Shown here: positions 43,082 to 52,146 of the stretch, in pieces
Numbering within the stretch: position 1 is the stretch's first letter
Layout: the number at the start of each line of letters is the position of its first letter
Assembly (NCBI GenBank): GCA_964016885.1
Contig: OZ024743.1
Coordinates: 181,598,001 to 181,662,000 of the forward strand
Length of the DNA stretch: 64,000 nt
DNA from: Eledone cirrhosa
Taxonomy: Eukaryota
Reading direction: 5' to 3'
Program-made: the position numbers and the translations under genes
The notes under the pieces: generated by a model
What the model saw: the letters and a program-made list of their open reading frames with translations, nothing else
The model's database searches: none
What the model was told of the DNA's origin: nothing

Positions 43082-43114
43082 CACCAGTCTGGCCTCCTGT
43101 CATTTTACTGAATA

Positions 43115-43205
<91 letters not shown>
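43043..43205. repeat. (TA)n/(CA)n microsatellites enclosing a half copy (43079-43115) of the palindromic MITE seen at 50669
   Basis: Dinucleotide runs visible; ttcaccagtctggcctcctgtcattttactgaataata resembles ttcacctgtccgacctcctgttattttactccataata. Confidence 0.85.
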
Positions 43206-43210
<5 letters not shown>

Positions 43211-43260
43211 GCGTAGGACAGAACAAAGGAGAGGCACAGAAACAAAGAAAGGAATCCCCA

Positions 43261-43307
43261 GTCACTGAAGAGGTCACTCACAGAGTGTGTGACGAAAGAA
43301 CTATGAC
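43261..43307 (+). ncRNA. Candidate minimal type I hammerhead ribozyme
   Basis: gtca-CTGAAGA-g-gtcactcac-aga-gtgtgtgac-GAAA-gaac-TA-tgac: stem I gtca/tgac, stem II 8 of 9 bp, intact core boxes, CUA triplet ending 43303; one extra G before stem II. Confidence 0.6.
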
Positions 43308-43516
43308 AATATATAAACAACTATCTGGTTGTGGAACCAACCAACCAACCTGAAATTTATAAATTTATAAATTTATTATAAATTTACTATAATAAATTGA
43401 AGTGAAAGCAACTGGTGCGTGTGTTTCTTATTGGCAACATGACCCTCCCAAAGTATAACAATATCGGTTTCAACACACGATTTCAGATAAAGAATCTTGC
43501 TAAACAAATTCAGAAA

Positions 43517-43518
<2 letters not shown>

Positions 43519-43608
<90 letters not shown>

Positions 43609-43609
43609 C

Positions 43610-43645
<36 letters not shown>
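43519..43645. repeat. Compound (TA)n-(TG)n-(TA)n microsatellite
   Basis: Directly visible. Confidence 0.95.
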
Positions 43646-43648
<3 letters not shown>

Positions 43649-43700
43649 GGAAAAAATGGAACGAAATTTCATTTCCCACTCTTAGTACGGCTGTTACTTC

Positions 43701-44045
43701 AATATAAGTATGTATACCTACATACATATATGTATACAGACGTACTGTAGTATATATATATATATATATACATACATGCACACATATATATATGTACGTA
43801 TGGATTCACCAAACATTTATTATAATGCTCGGTGTGTTTGTCCTTTGTCAGTATTGAACAAACGAGCAACGGTGGTTGCTAGACACTGCGGCTTAATACG
43901 GGATGTTTGTTTACAAACACACCGAGCATTATAATAAATGTTTGGTGAATCCATACGTACATATATATATGTGTGCATGTATGTATATATATATACATAC
44001 TACTGTACGTTTGTATACATATATGTATGTACGTATACATACTTA

Positions 44046-44049
<4 letters not shown>
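43701..44049. mobile_element. Foldback/inverted-repeat element with ~140-bp arms and a 71-bp spacer
   Basis: 43701-43841 is the reverse complement of 43913-44049 apart from ~4 substitutions and a TA-length difference; flanked by TA microsatellites. Confidence 0.8.
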
Positions 44050-44080
<31 letters not shown>

Positions 44081-44189
44081 TTTTATTGTTGGTGTTATTG
44101 TCCGCCCAGTCAGTGGGATGGCCTTATCTTATGGCTAAAACAGCACGACGTTCTGTGACCAGCGGCGCCGATTGGCGCCCCAAAGACTA

Positions 44190-44270
44190 GTCGGTCAAGG
44201 TGACCGGTCGGTCAAGGTGACCGGTCGGTCAAGGTGACCGGTCGGTCAAGGTGACCGGTCGGTCAAGTGA
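44190..44270. repeat. 17-bp tandem repeat GTCGGTCAAGGTGACCG x4 plus a partial copy; each unit contains the palindrome CGGTCA-agg-TGACCG
   Basis: Identical units at 44190, 44207, 44224, 44241; partial at 44258. Confidence 0.95.
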
Positions 44271-44608
44271 TATATATAGATATATATAGCGAAAGAGTGA
44301 AGAATATAATTGAGAATTTCTTTAGAACTGCTAGAATAGCAACCTGGCAGCTACCTCATGTACTGATGGTGATTATCGCTAAATACTGATGTTGATTTGA
44401 TTATCAATATTAGTATTATTGGGCACCGACTGAAGAATTATAAGAGCCTACTTGAATAAATATCTGTTGATCTTATACAAGCCTCTACATAAATTGGTAT
44501 AATTTCACCCAAATTGTAGGAATCTTATAATGAAACGAGACGTCTGTCGGGGAAGAGATATATTCGATATATCTCATATGAAAATAATACAGCCAATTCT
44601 CCACACAA

Positions 44609-44862
44609 TGTGGATATGGTGTGGCGTGCGGTGGCCGGAAACGGGGGAGTGCTCGACCGGAAGTGTACTTGGCCGGAAGGATGCCCGACCGGAAGGGCCA
44701 GCAGATGGGCCTCTCTCTAGTGGTGACCAGCAACGGTGTGGACGCGAGTTCTGGCAGCTCCCGGTGTTAAGGAGCTGGACGCACGTAGAAGAGGAGAAAC
44801 TAGCAGTGGGATTTAGCGGCACCTATGAAAAGCGGTAAGTGAGATAGCTTTTTCTAACTACA
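44609..44862 (+). repeat. 5' LTR (254 bp)
   Basis: tgtggatatgg...ttttctaactaca; 11 substitutions (9 transitions) and no indels versus the 3' LTR by manual alignment; four CCGGAA motifs near the 5' end. Confidence 0.96.
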
Positions 44863-44874
44863 AGCTATTTCGGC
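44863..44874 (+). promoter_or_regulatory. Non-canonical primer-binding site, complementary to tRNA-Phe(GAA) nt 1-12
   Basis: AGCTATTTCGGC directly abuts the 5' LTR; its reverse complement GCCGAAATAGCT is the 5' end of conserved metazoan tRNA-Phe (sequence recalled, not searched). Confidence 0.7.
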
Positions 44875-44987
44875 ACTGGAAACTGAGATCTGATTGAAAA
44901 AAAAAAAAAAAAAAAAAAAAAGCTACTGCAAAAACAGAGAGGAGTCTGTTGTTTTTTTTTATCACGTACCGCAAGACAAATTAAAAG

Positions 44988-45745
44988 ATGGCAACAAGAC
45001 TACAAACAAGCGAAGCAATCAGGGCATTTACCGGTGAAGGTGATGTTGTTGCTTGGCTGCGAAAAGTCCGGCTGGTCGCAAGCTTGCAGAAGATAGAAGA
45101 TGTGGCTGGCCTTATGGCACTGTACCTCGAGGGGGACTCGTTGGTACTCTTCCTTGAGTTGGACGAACACAGCCAAAGAGATGCGCAAAAGATTGAGAGG
45201 CGCATGATGGAAGCATTCTCAGAGGGACCGTTAGCCGCTTTCGCTAAGCTGGCAAGAATTAGATTGAACGGTGAACGCGTTGACATTTTCGCAGCGGAAA
45301 TACGGCGATTGGCTATGTTGGCTGGATATCAGGTGGAATGCCGCGCACGGTGCGGTTGGCGTTCATAAATGGATTTCCAGACGACATAGCGGTGAAACTG
45401 CAACAAGTCCCGGGTTACAAAGAAATGGAAATACGTTCACTGGTGGAACAAGCCCGGATCATAGCAGAAGATGCCAAGAAGAGTGTTGCGGCGATAGCAA
45501 CTACAGAGGCTCAAGACAGCTGGCAGCGAAATGGTGAAAGGGAGGCAACCACGGCACGCGGTCGCCCGCGAACGTTTAGAGGTCGCTGTTTACGGTGCCA
45601 GGGCCCGCACATGGCTAGAGACTGCAGAGAGTCAAGGCCGGAAATAATATGCTACCGGTGTAAGCGACCAGGCCACATCGCTGTTAACTGCGACCAGGGA
45701 AACGATCCAAGGGCAACTACTGCGCCGGTAGTTGCCCTTTACTAG
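44988..45745 (+). pseudogene. gag: Gag, one frameshift near 45340, two CCHC zinc knuckles
   Basis: ORFs 44988-45368 and 45338-45745; CLRCQGPHMARDC and CYRCKRPGHIAVNC. Confidence 0.88.
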
Positions 45746-45754
45746 TAGAGGCGC
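45697..45754 (+). promoter_or_regulatory. -1 programmed ribosomal frameshift signal: G_GGA_AAC plus H-type pseudoknot
   Basis: Heptamer 45697-45703 is in the gag frame (CAG GGA AAC); the -1 frame is open into protease; 12-bp stem 45709-45720/45728-45739; loop GCGCC pairs with GGCGC 45750-45754. Confidence 0.85.
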
Positions 45755-48466
45755 TGCCCGTGGTGGAAGTCTTCGTGAGGGGAAAGCCACAGCGAGCCCT
45801 CGTGGACACGGGGTGTACGACGACACTGGTGACCGCGGGGGTGGCGCAGAGGTGGAGAGGGAAGAGCAGCGTAAGGGCAGTCGATGGCAGGAAAATTGAA
45901 TGCCGAGGTCGCAGCGAGATGGAAATAGTGGTACGGGGAAGGAAAATAAGGCTTTCTGCCATCGTAGTAGACAGCGTGGTGGATGGGATCGGCGTGGTTA
46001 TGGGCATGGACGCAATTGGCCGTCTAGGAGGCGTCACAGTGAACAACGTCGGTGTGTCGTTTGGCGCCGCTGCATCGGTATGCGCTGTGAGTACGCGACA
46101 GGAGAACCAGAAGGCCCACGAGGAGAAATACCCCGCTTACACTGTGCAGGACAAAGACTTCAAGGCCGTGTTCGATGGGCAGCGATGGGTTGTTGAGTGG
46201 TATTGGAAGGGAGAACCACCAACACTGAAGACCAAAGTGGGCTGCTATCAACACACATTGAAGGGAGCCATTAGGAGCGAGTTCGAGCGAGAGGTAGAGA
46301 GATGGATTGAGGAGGACATACTGCTTCCCTGGAAAGAGGAGGTGAAGTGCGGAGTATTGCCGTTAATGGCGGTGGCGCAACCCACGAAGAACAAGGTGAG
46401 GTCGGTGCTGGACTTTCGGGAGCTGAACGAGCACGTGTCATGCCACACGGGTGGCGAGGTCACGGATGTCTGTGGGGGAAACCCTGCGTGAGTGGAGACG
46501 CATGACGGGGGGGTTCAGCAATCCTAGATCTAAAGTCGGCATACTTGCAATTGCATATAGATGAGAAGCTCTGGCAGTATCAGCTGGTCAGGTATAAGGG
46601 CCGGACATATTGCCTGACCAGGCTCGGTTTCGGTCTGAGCTCCGCACCGAAGATCATGGCGGCCGTCCTCAAGACCATTCTGGGAAAGGCCGACAAGATG
46701 AAGAGGGCCACTAGCTCCTACATTGACGACATCCTAGTGGACGAGTCTGTGGTGTCGGCAACGGAGGTCACGAGCCATTTACAGGGGTATGGACTGGCTG
46801 CGAAGCCGTCAGAAGAGTTGGAGGGAGGAGCCGCGCTGGGACTTAGGCTACGGCGAGACAGGACGGGCGTCTTGGTATTCCAGAGGGGAAATGAAGTTCC
46901 AGAACTGGGCCCAAGTATGAGTAGGCAGGAGCTTTTCTCGGTGTGTGGAAAGTTGGTGGGTCACTACCCGATTGCTGGGTGGCTCTGGACGGCATGCAGC
47001 TATGTCAAGAGACGAGCGAGAGGAGTGACTTGGAGTGACAGAGTGGGAGAGAGGACGGTGGCCATGATGCAAGGGGGGGGGGGGGGTGAAGGCCGACGAC
47101 CCAGTGCGGGGACGCTGGTATGTTCCCAAATCACAGAGCGGGACCGTATGGTGCGATGCCAGCAGCATAGCGCTGGGTGTCACGTTGGAGATAGGAGGTG
47201 TTGAAGTCGAGGATGCAGCCTGGCTTAGGAAGAAGGACGACTGCAACCACATCAATGTGGCCGAACTGGACGCAGTGTTGAGAGGGGTGAACCTCGCCCT
47301 GAGGTGGGGACTGCGCACCATCGAGATACGCACCGACTCGGCTACTGTACTCGGATGGGTGAGATCAGTGCTCACCAGTGAGAAAAGAGTGCGAACGAGA
47401 GGGACGGTGGAGATGCTGATAAAGCGCCGCCTGGGAACGGTAGGAGAGCTGGCCACCGAGTTCGACCTGAGGCTGAGCGTAGTTTTCGTGCCCTCAGAAA
47501 GAAATAGGGCGGACGTCTTAACTAGGGTGAAGAAAGCCTGGATGGAAGCGCCGGAGAAGGTAGAAGATGAGATAGCTGCCGTGTGTCGGCTGACCGAGTC
47601 GGATCTGAAGGGGTTGTATGACATGCACCACATGGGAGTGGATAGGAGCCTGTTCCTAGCCAGGAGAATCGACTCGGACGTTAACAGACACAGTGTTCCA
47701 AGGGTAGTTAGAGGCTGCGTCCGATGTCAGTCCATTGATCCCGCCCCGCGTGTGCACGAAACGGGAAGCCTCCCGGTGGATCGCGACTGGAAGCGATTGG
47801 TGGTGGATGTAACGCACTACCGACAGGGAACGTACGTCTCGATGGTCGACTGTGGACCAAGACGGATGGCGATATGGAGGGAGATGAAGACTGGAATGGC
47901 CGAGGAAATCATGCGGACGTTGAGAGAGGTGTTCTTGGAGAGGGGCCCTGTGGACGAACTGCTGATGCACAACAGCGTTCCGCTCGGAGGCGGTGAGGGA
48001 GATGCTCGATGGATGGAAGGTGGACCGTTTCTTCAGAGCAGCGCACAGGCCGAGCGGGAATGGAATTGTGGAGCGACACCACCGGACGATCAAGGCAATG
48101 GCGGAGCGGGGCCATATCTCACCAATGGAGGCAGTGTTCTGGTACAACATGTCCCCTCGGGTAGTATTCCCCAGAGCAGTATTCAGATACGAGTGGCGGC
48201 ACCCGTGCACGGCACCACAACGGCCAGTGGGGAGAGAGAGTGCATTCGTGCAGGTGGGCGAAGAAGTCTGGGTTAAGCCCCCAGATGCACGTTGCACATC
48301 TCAATGGGGAAGGGGAACGGTGACGGCCGTAAATTCCCAGAACAATGTGTCCGTGGACGGAGTACCCCGCCACGTCATGTCCAACACTGCGGAGATCGCA
48401 AAGAAGTCGCAAACCACCAACCTGGACAGCAGACTTTCATATGCAGAAGGACGAGGGGGAAATTGA
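45697..48466 (+). pseudogene. pol: Pol (protease, RT, RNase H, integrase), broken by several frameshifts
   Basis: LVDTGC (PR); VLDFRELN, DLKSAYLQ, LGFGLSSAP, YIDD (RT); WCDAS, HINVAELDAV, RTDS, NRAD (RH); HH...CVRC, VDVTHY, GIVERHHRTIK (IN; second catalytic Asp reads His in LMHNS). Breaks near 46475, 46510, 47075 (all G runs) and ~47975. Confidence 0.93.
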
Positions 48467-48477
48467 TCCTTGAGATC

Positions 48478-48487
48478 AGGGGGGGGG
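48478..48487 (+). promoter_or_regulatory. Polypurine tract
   Basis: AGGGGGGGGG ending 2 nt before the 3' LTR. Confidence 0.85.
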
Positions 48488-48489
48488 CG

Positions 48490-48743
48490 TGTGGGTATGG
48501 TGTGGCGTGCGGTGGCCGGAAGCGGGGGAGTGCTCGACCGGAAGGGTGCTTGGCCGGAAGGATGCTCGACCGGAAGGGCTAGCAGATGGGCCTCTCTCTA
48601 GTGGTGACCAGCAACGATGTGGACGCTAGTTCTGGCAGCTCCCGGTGTTAAGGAGCTGGACGCACGTGGAAGAGGAGAAACTAGCAGTGGGATTTAGCGG
48701 CGCCTATGAAAAGCGATAAGTGAGATAGCTTTTTCTAACTACA
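48490..48743 (+). repeat. 3' LTR (254 bp)
   Basis: tgtgggtatgg...ttttctaactaca followed by TSD cacaa. Confidence 0.96.
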
Positions 48744-48873
48744 CACAATACAATTAGTTAGCACTCCGAACGTTTAATTAGGAATATACTCACTTATTTC
48801 CTAATGTTTGTTGAGTGAGTTGGGAATTGGCCGGAGTATCGCTATTAGCGTTCTCCGATAATGTATTTATATA

Positions 48874-48933
<60 letters not shown>

Positions 48934-48953
48934 CGAAAGAGTGAAGAATATAA

Positions 48954-48987
<34 letters not shown>

Positions 48988-49079
48988 GTGTGTGCCATTC
49001 TTTGCCAGTAAAACTTTTAATTTTACGAAGCCCACAGATCTGGTATTTTGAGCCGAACTATATAACGAAAACGCGAAGC

Positions 49080-49345
49080 GACATATGATACTCACTTATA
49101 GCTGTTTGTTTGTTTTCGTTTTTGCTTTTTTGTTTTGAGGCATATCCGGGAGGCACAACGCCTCCATAGCCGAAATAGTATTAACTCAAGTCAGTATCAA
49201 CTTAATTTTGCTCCGCACCTAGCCTGCCTTTTAGCGCCTTAGCGACATTGGATGCTTCCAGTGTGATGACTTAGTTTTGGTTTCTGGGTCGTTTGCCCAT
49301 ACCCAGCAGTCATCTTCAGTTATCAGGAACTTAGAAATACCATTG
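49080..49345 (-). pseudogene. Mariner-family transposase relic (first catalytic Asp region)
   Basis: FLITEDDCWVWANDPETKTKSSHWKHPMS resembles mariner ITGDETWVYxYDPETKxQSSQWKHP; continues frameshifted as VRSKIKLILT and YFGYGGVV. Confidence 0.75.
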
Positions 49346-49594
49346 ATATTATTAGGGGAAATTAATGTGAGGATAAAGTAATACAACACCCCACGCGTTG
49401 GCTGCTTAACAGTGACTGAAGCATCCAGCAAGCTCCTCAAAGACCTCAACTGCACATTAATGGAAGCGGATCTACACTACATGCATATATCTCCCCCGTT
49501 ACTAGCTACGGGGGAAAAGGGAAGTCGTATAGTTTCTCGAAAGACATTATACGCACACACACACACATACACATATACACACACACGCACTCAC

Positions 49595-49636
<42 letters not shown>

Positions 49637-49789
49637 CCAAGGAGTTGTGGTAAGGAACCAGATGGACCATAAAAATTCTTATTGTGTCCAGAAATAGCCG
49701 TCGAAACGGCTTGAGCTCTGCCGTCGGGGTCATACTTTTTCCTATATATATATATATATATATATACATGTGTGTGTGTGTGTGTATGA

Positions 49790-50028
49790 GTCTCGGGTTC
49801 AATCGGGGGTAACCACTGTAAATAAGGTACTCAATACATTAGTAGAATATATACAACATTTAATATAGAAATGACTACAGGACTAGAACTGCTTCATTCC
49901 TATGAAATCATCAGGAATTTCTAAGAACCTACGAAGCCATAGGCTAATTGCCATGGTTTGTTTTAGTAACAAATTATTTCCGTTTACATATCGAGGGCTC
50001 AATCTCTCGTAATTACAATTTCACACAC

Positions 50029-50072
<44 letters not shown>

Positions 50073-50085
50073 TACATACATACAT

Positions 50086-50141
<56 letters not shown>

Positions 50142-50350
50142 TGGTAGAATATAAGATTCTTTATATTCTACCAATGTATTGAGTAACTTTTATAACTGTG
50201 GTCACCCACCGAAACATCTCGGGAATCTACATAATATTTATATATATGTGTGTGTGTAGATTCCCGAGTTGTGTCGGGGGTGGGGGGTCACCACAGTAAG
50301 AAAAGGTACTAAATATAAGCTAGATCGGTCTAGACGGTCTAGCTTATATC
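49790..50350. repeat. Cluster of three ~70-bp related segments in alternating orientation (49790-49852 +, 50160-50230 -, 50256-50318 +) with short palindromes
   Basis: Shared motif ...accac(a/t)gt...ggtact(c/a)aata...; hairpins attggtagaatataa/ttatattctaccaat (50140-50175) and atataagctaga/tctagcttatat (50313-50349). Confidence 0.6.
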
Positions 50351-50465
50351 GCCCCAAATAGAAATTTTGGCTTAAGTTTAATATATTCTATCTCTTCTCT
50401 GATTAGATTTATTATTATATCTTACCCTTTCATAGAGATGTCTAAGTATTAGAGACAATTAACTT

Positions 50466-50511
<46 letters not shown>

Positions 50512-50668
50512 TGTGTGTGTGTATACATTTAAGTTTAATGGTTCGCCATTGTAAAGAACTCGTCATTCCTTATAGTTAACCATGCTGTAGTAGTAGGAAA
50601 AGCACTCGAGGAAAAGCACATCTATCTTTGATGTTGAATCTTGTTGGTGGGGCAGGAACAGAGTTAAT

Positions 50669-50790
50669 TATTATGGAGTAAAATAACAGGAGGTCGGACA
50701 GGTGAAATTCCTTCAAAGATTTATTTCTGCAAAAATAAATCTTTGAAAGAATTTCACCTGTCCGACCTCCTGTTATTTTACTCCATAATA
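50669..50790. mobile_element. 122-bp near-perfect palindromic MITE-like element
   Basis: Arms pair to a central TGCA with two mismatched pairs; shorter relative at ~51247-51292 and half copy at 43079-43115; all beside (TA)n. Confidence 0.8.
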
Positions 50791-51212
50791 TATATATATA
50801 TATATATTTCGACAGTTGATCGGCAAGATCACAGACCTCATTCGCTTAACGTCAAATCGGATCGAGGAAACAATGTTTCCATTGGTCTTTCCAATTGCTG
50901 TATATATTGCTATATATATATATATATATTAAGAATGTTAATAAATGGAAAATATCTTTATAAAACCACATTTATTTTATTATACGTATTTCAAGGGTAC
51001 TAATATTTAAGTACGCTTTCGTCAGATAAAATATATTTGGTGTTAAGATAGCGACATATCTTCATGTGAACTTAATGATATAAGTTCATTGAACTTATAT
51101 CATAAATTTTCCATTTATTAATATCAATGATACTCCAGATAACGTTGTAGAGTGCTTCTAATCTTTTGTAAAATTAACTTTGTTGAATAATCAACAGACC
51201 ATATAACTCATT

Positions 51213-51252
<40 letters not shown>

Positions 51253-51578
51253 AACAGGAGGCTGGACAGTCCAACCTCCTGTTATTTTATTTTATTTACA
51301 ATTAACGCCGTATTCGCACCACCAACTACACAAACGAAGATGGGTGAACTGCACTGCGTTGAGTACTCTTCACAATATTACACCAGGATTGACCATACGG
51401 AATGACCAGTTCTATCCAGTGGTGAACCAATAAACCTAAAGATATATATATATATTTTTATATATATATATATATATTAAAATAATAAATATTTGCTCTA
51501 CGGTTCTTATATATTTGATATATATTTATCCTTATCGAGCCCTCTTTGGATTTTAGTCTTCAAATTTATTATTATTAC

Positions 51579-51656
<78 letters not shown>

Positions 51657-51666
51657 GATAGATATA

Positions 51667-51781
51667 TTTCTTTATTTGCCACAAGGGCGCACAAGAAAAG
51701 GGGACAATACAAAGACACATGCCGGGGATTTTACATACAGTCGTGTAAAAAAAAATATAAAACAAACAAACAATTATAACA
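51667..51781 (-). mobile_element. Severely 5'-truncated Tx1-family 3' end
   Basis: Reverse complement ends ...gcccttgtggcaaataaagaaa, as in the full element at 61849-61870; flanked by ATAGATAGAT on both sides. Confidence 0.75.
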
Positions 51782-51794
51782 ATAGATAGATAGA

Positions 51795-52141
51795 TTTCTA
51801 TTTATTGCCACTAGGGCGCAAAAGAAGAGGACAAATACAAGGGGGGAGTTTACACAAAAAGGCGAGTAAAGAAAACAAATTACAAATATAAAATTAACAA
51901 TAAAGTCCTCAATAGGGAGGGGGTTTGGGGTGGGTCGCACCTCCCACCCCCCGAAAAAAGTGTGCAACCCCTTCTCCTCAGGAGTACAGAGAGAGGGTGC
52001 TCCCTCGTTCCTTCTACAGGGTGATGTAGAGAGAAGGCCCATTCACACGGGCCATTCTCGCCACTTTCACCCACCTTTCATAAAAACGACTGCGGTTGAG
52101 CATTTCTCTCTCCATCCTGATCCTTCTTCCGAAATGATATC
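51795..52141 (-). mobile_element. 5'-truncated Tx1-family copy (end of ORF2 plus 3' UTR)
   Basis: Reverse-complement match to ~61546-61870, including ttttatgaaaggtgggtgaaagtggcgagaatggcccgtgtgaatggg; (AGAT)n on both sides. Confidence 0.9.
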
Positions 52142-52146
52142 AATAT

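Larger units (their letters stand above)
44609..48743 (+). mobile_element. Complete, disabled LTR retrotransposon (4,135 bp), domain order gag / PR-RT-RH-IN (Ty3/Gypsy- or BEL-type order; lineage unclear)
   Basis: Two 254-bp TG...CA direct repeats; 5-bp TSD CACAA (44604-44608, 48744-48748); polypurine tract; gag and pol motifs. Confidence 0.96.

Noticed and set aside
44602-44608. 7-bp TSD CACACAA
   Set aside because: The extra CA on the right belongs to the LTR terminus (the 5' LTR also ends ...ctaca), leaving a 5-bp TSD.
45735-45741. CCCTTTA as the gag-pol slippery site
   Set aside because: Not in X_XXY_YYZ register with the gag frame and part of the stimulatory stem; G_GGA_AAC fits instead.
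45717-48412. Long antisense ORFs over pol (e.g. 46848-47633, 47656-48297) and over Tx1 ORF2
   Set aside because: Shadow ORFs of GC-rich coding sequence with no recognisable motifs.
49169-49178. GCCGAAATAG, identical to the first 10 nt of tRNA-Phe and complementary to the PBS
   Set aside because: No cloverleaf follows; it lies outside the LTR element and is explained as codons of the minus-strand mariner relic. It does show that 10-mers can match by chance; the PBS claim rests on 12 nt at the exact LTR boundary.
49881-49914. Further hammerhead-like remnants (minus strand here, minus ~51010-51065, plus ~44425-44470)
   Set aside because: Each has a mutated core box (GAAG, ATGAAGA, GAAT) and no convincing stem I.
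42990-51779. ORFs containing YIYIYI, THTHTH or VCVCVC
   Set aside because: Translations of (TA)n, (CA)n and (TG)n microsatellites.
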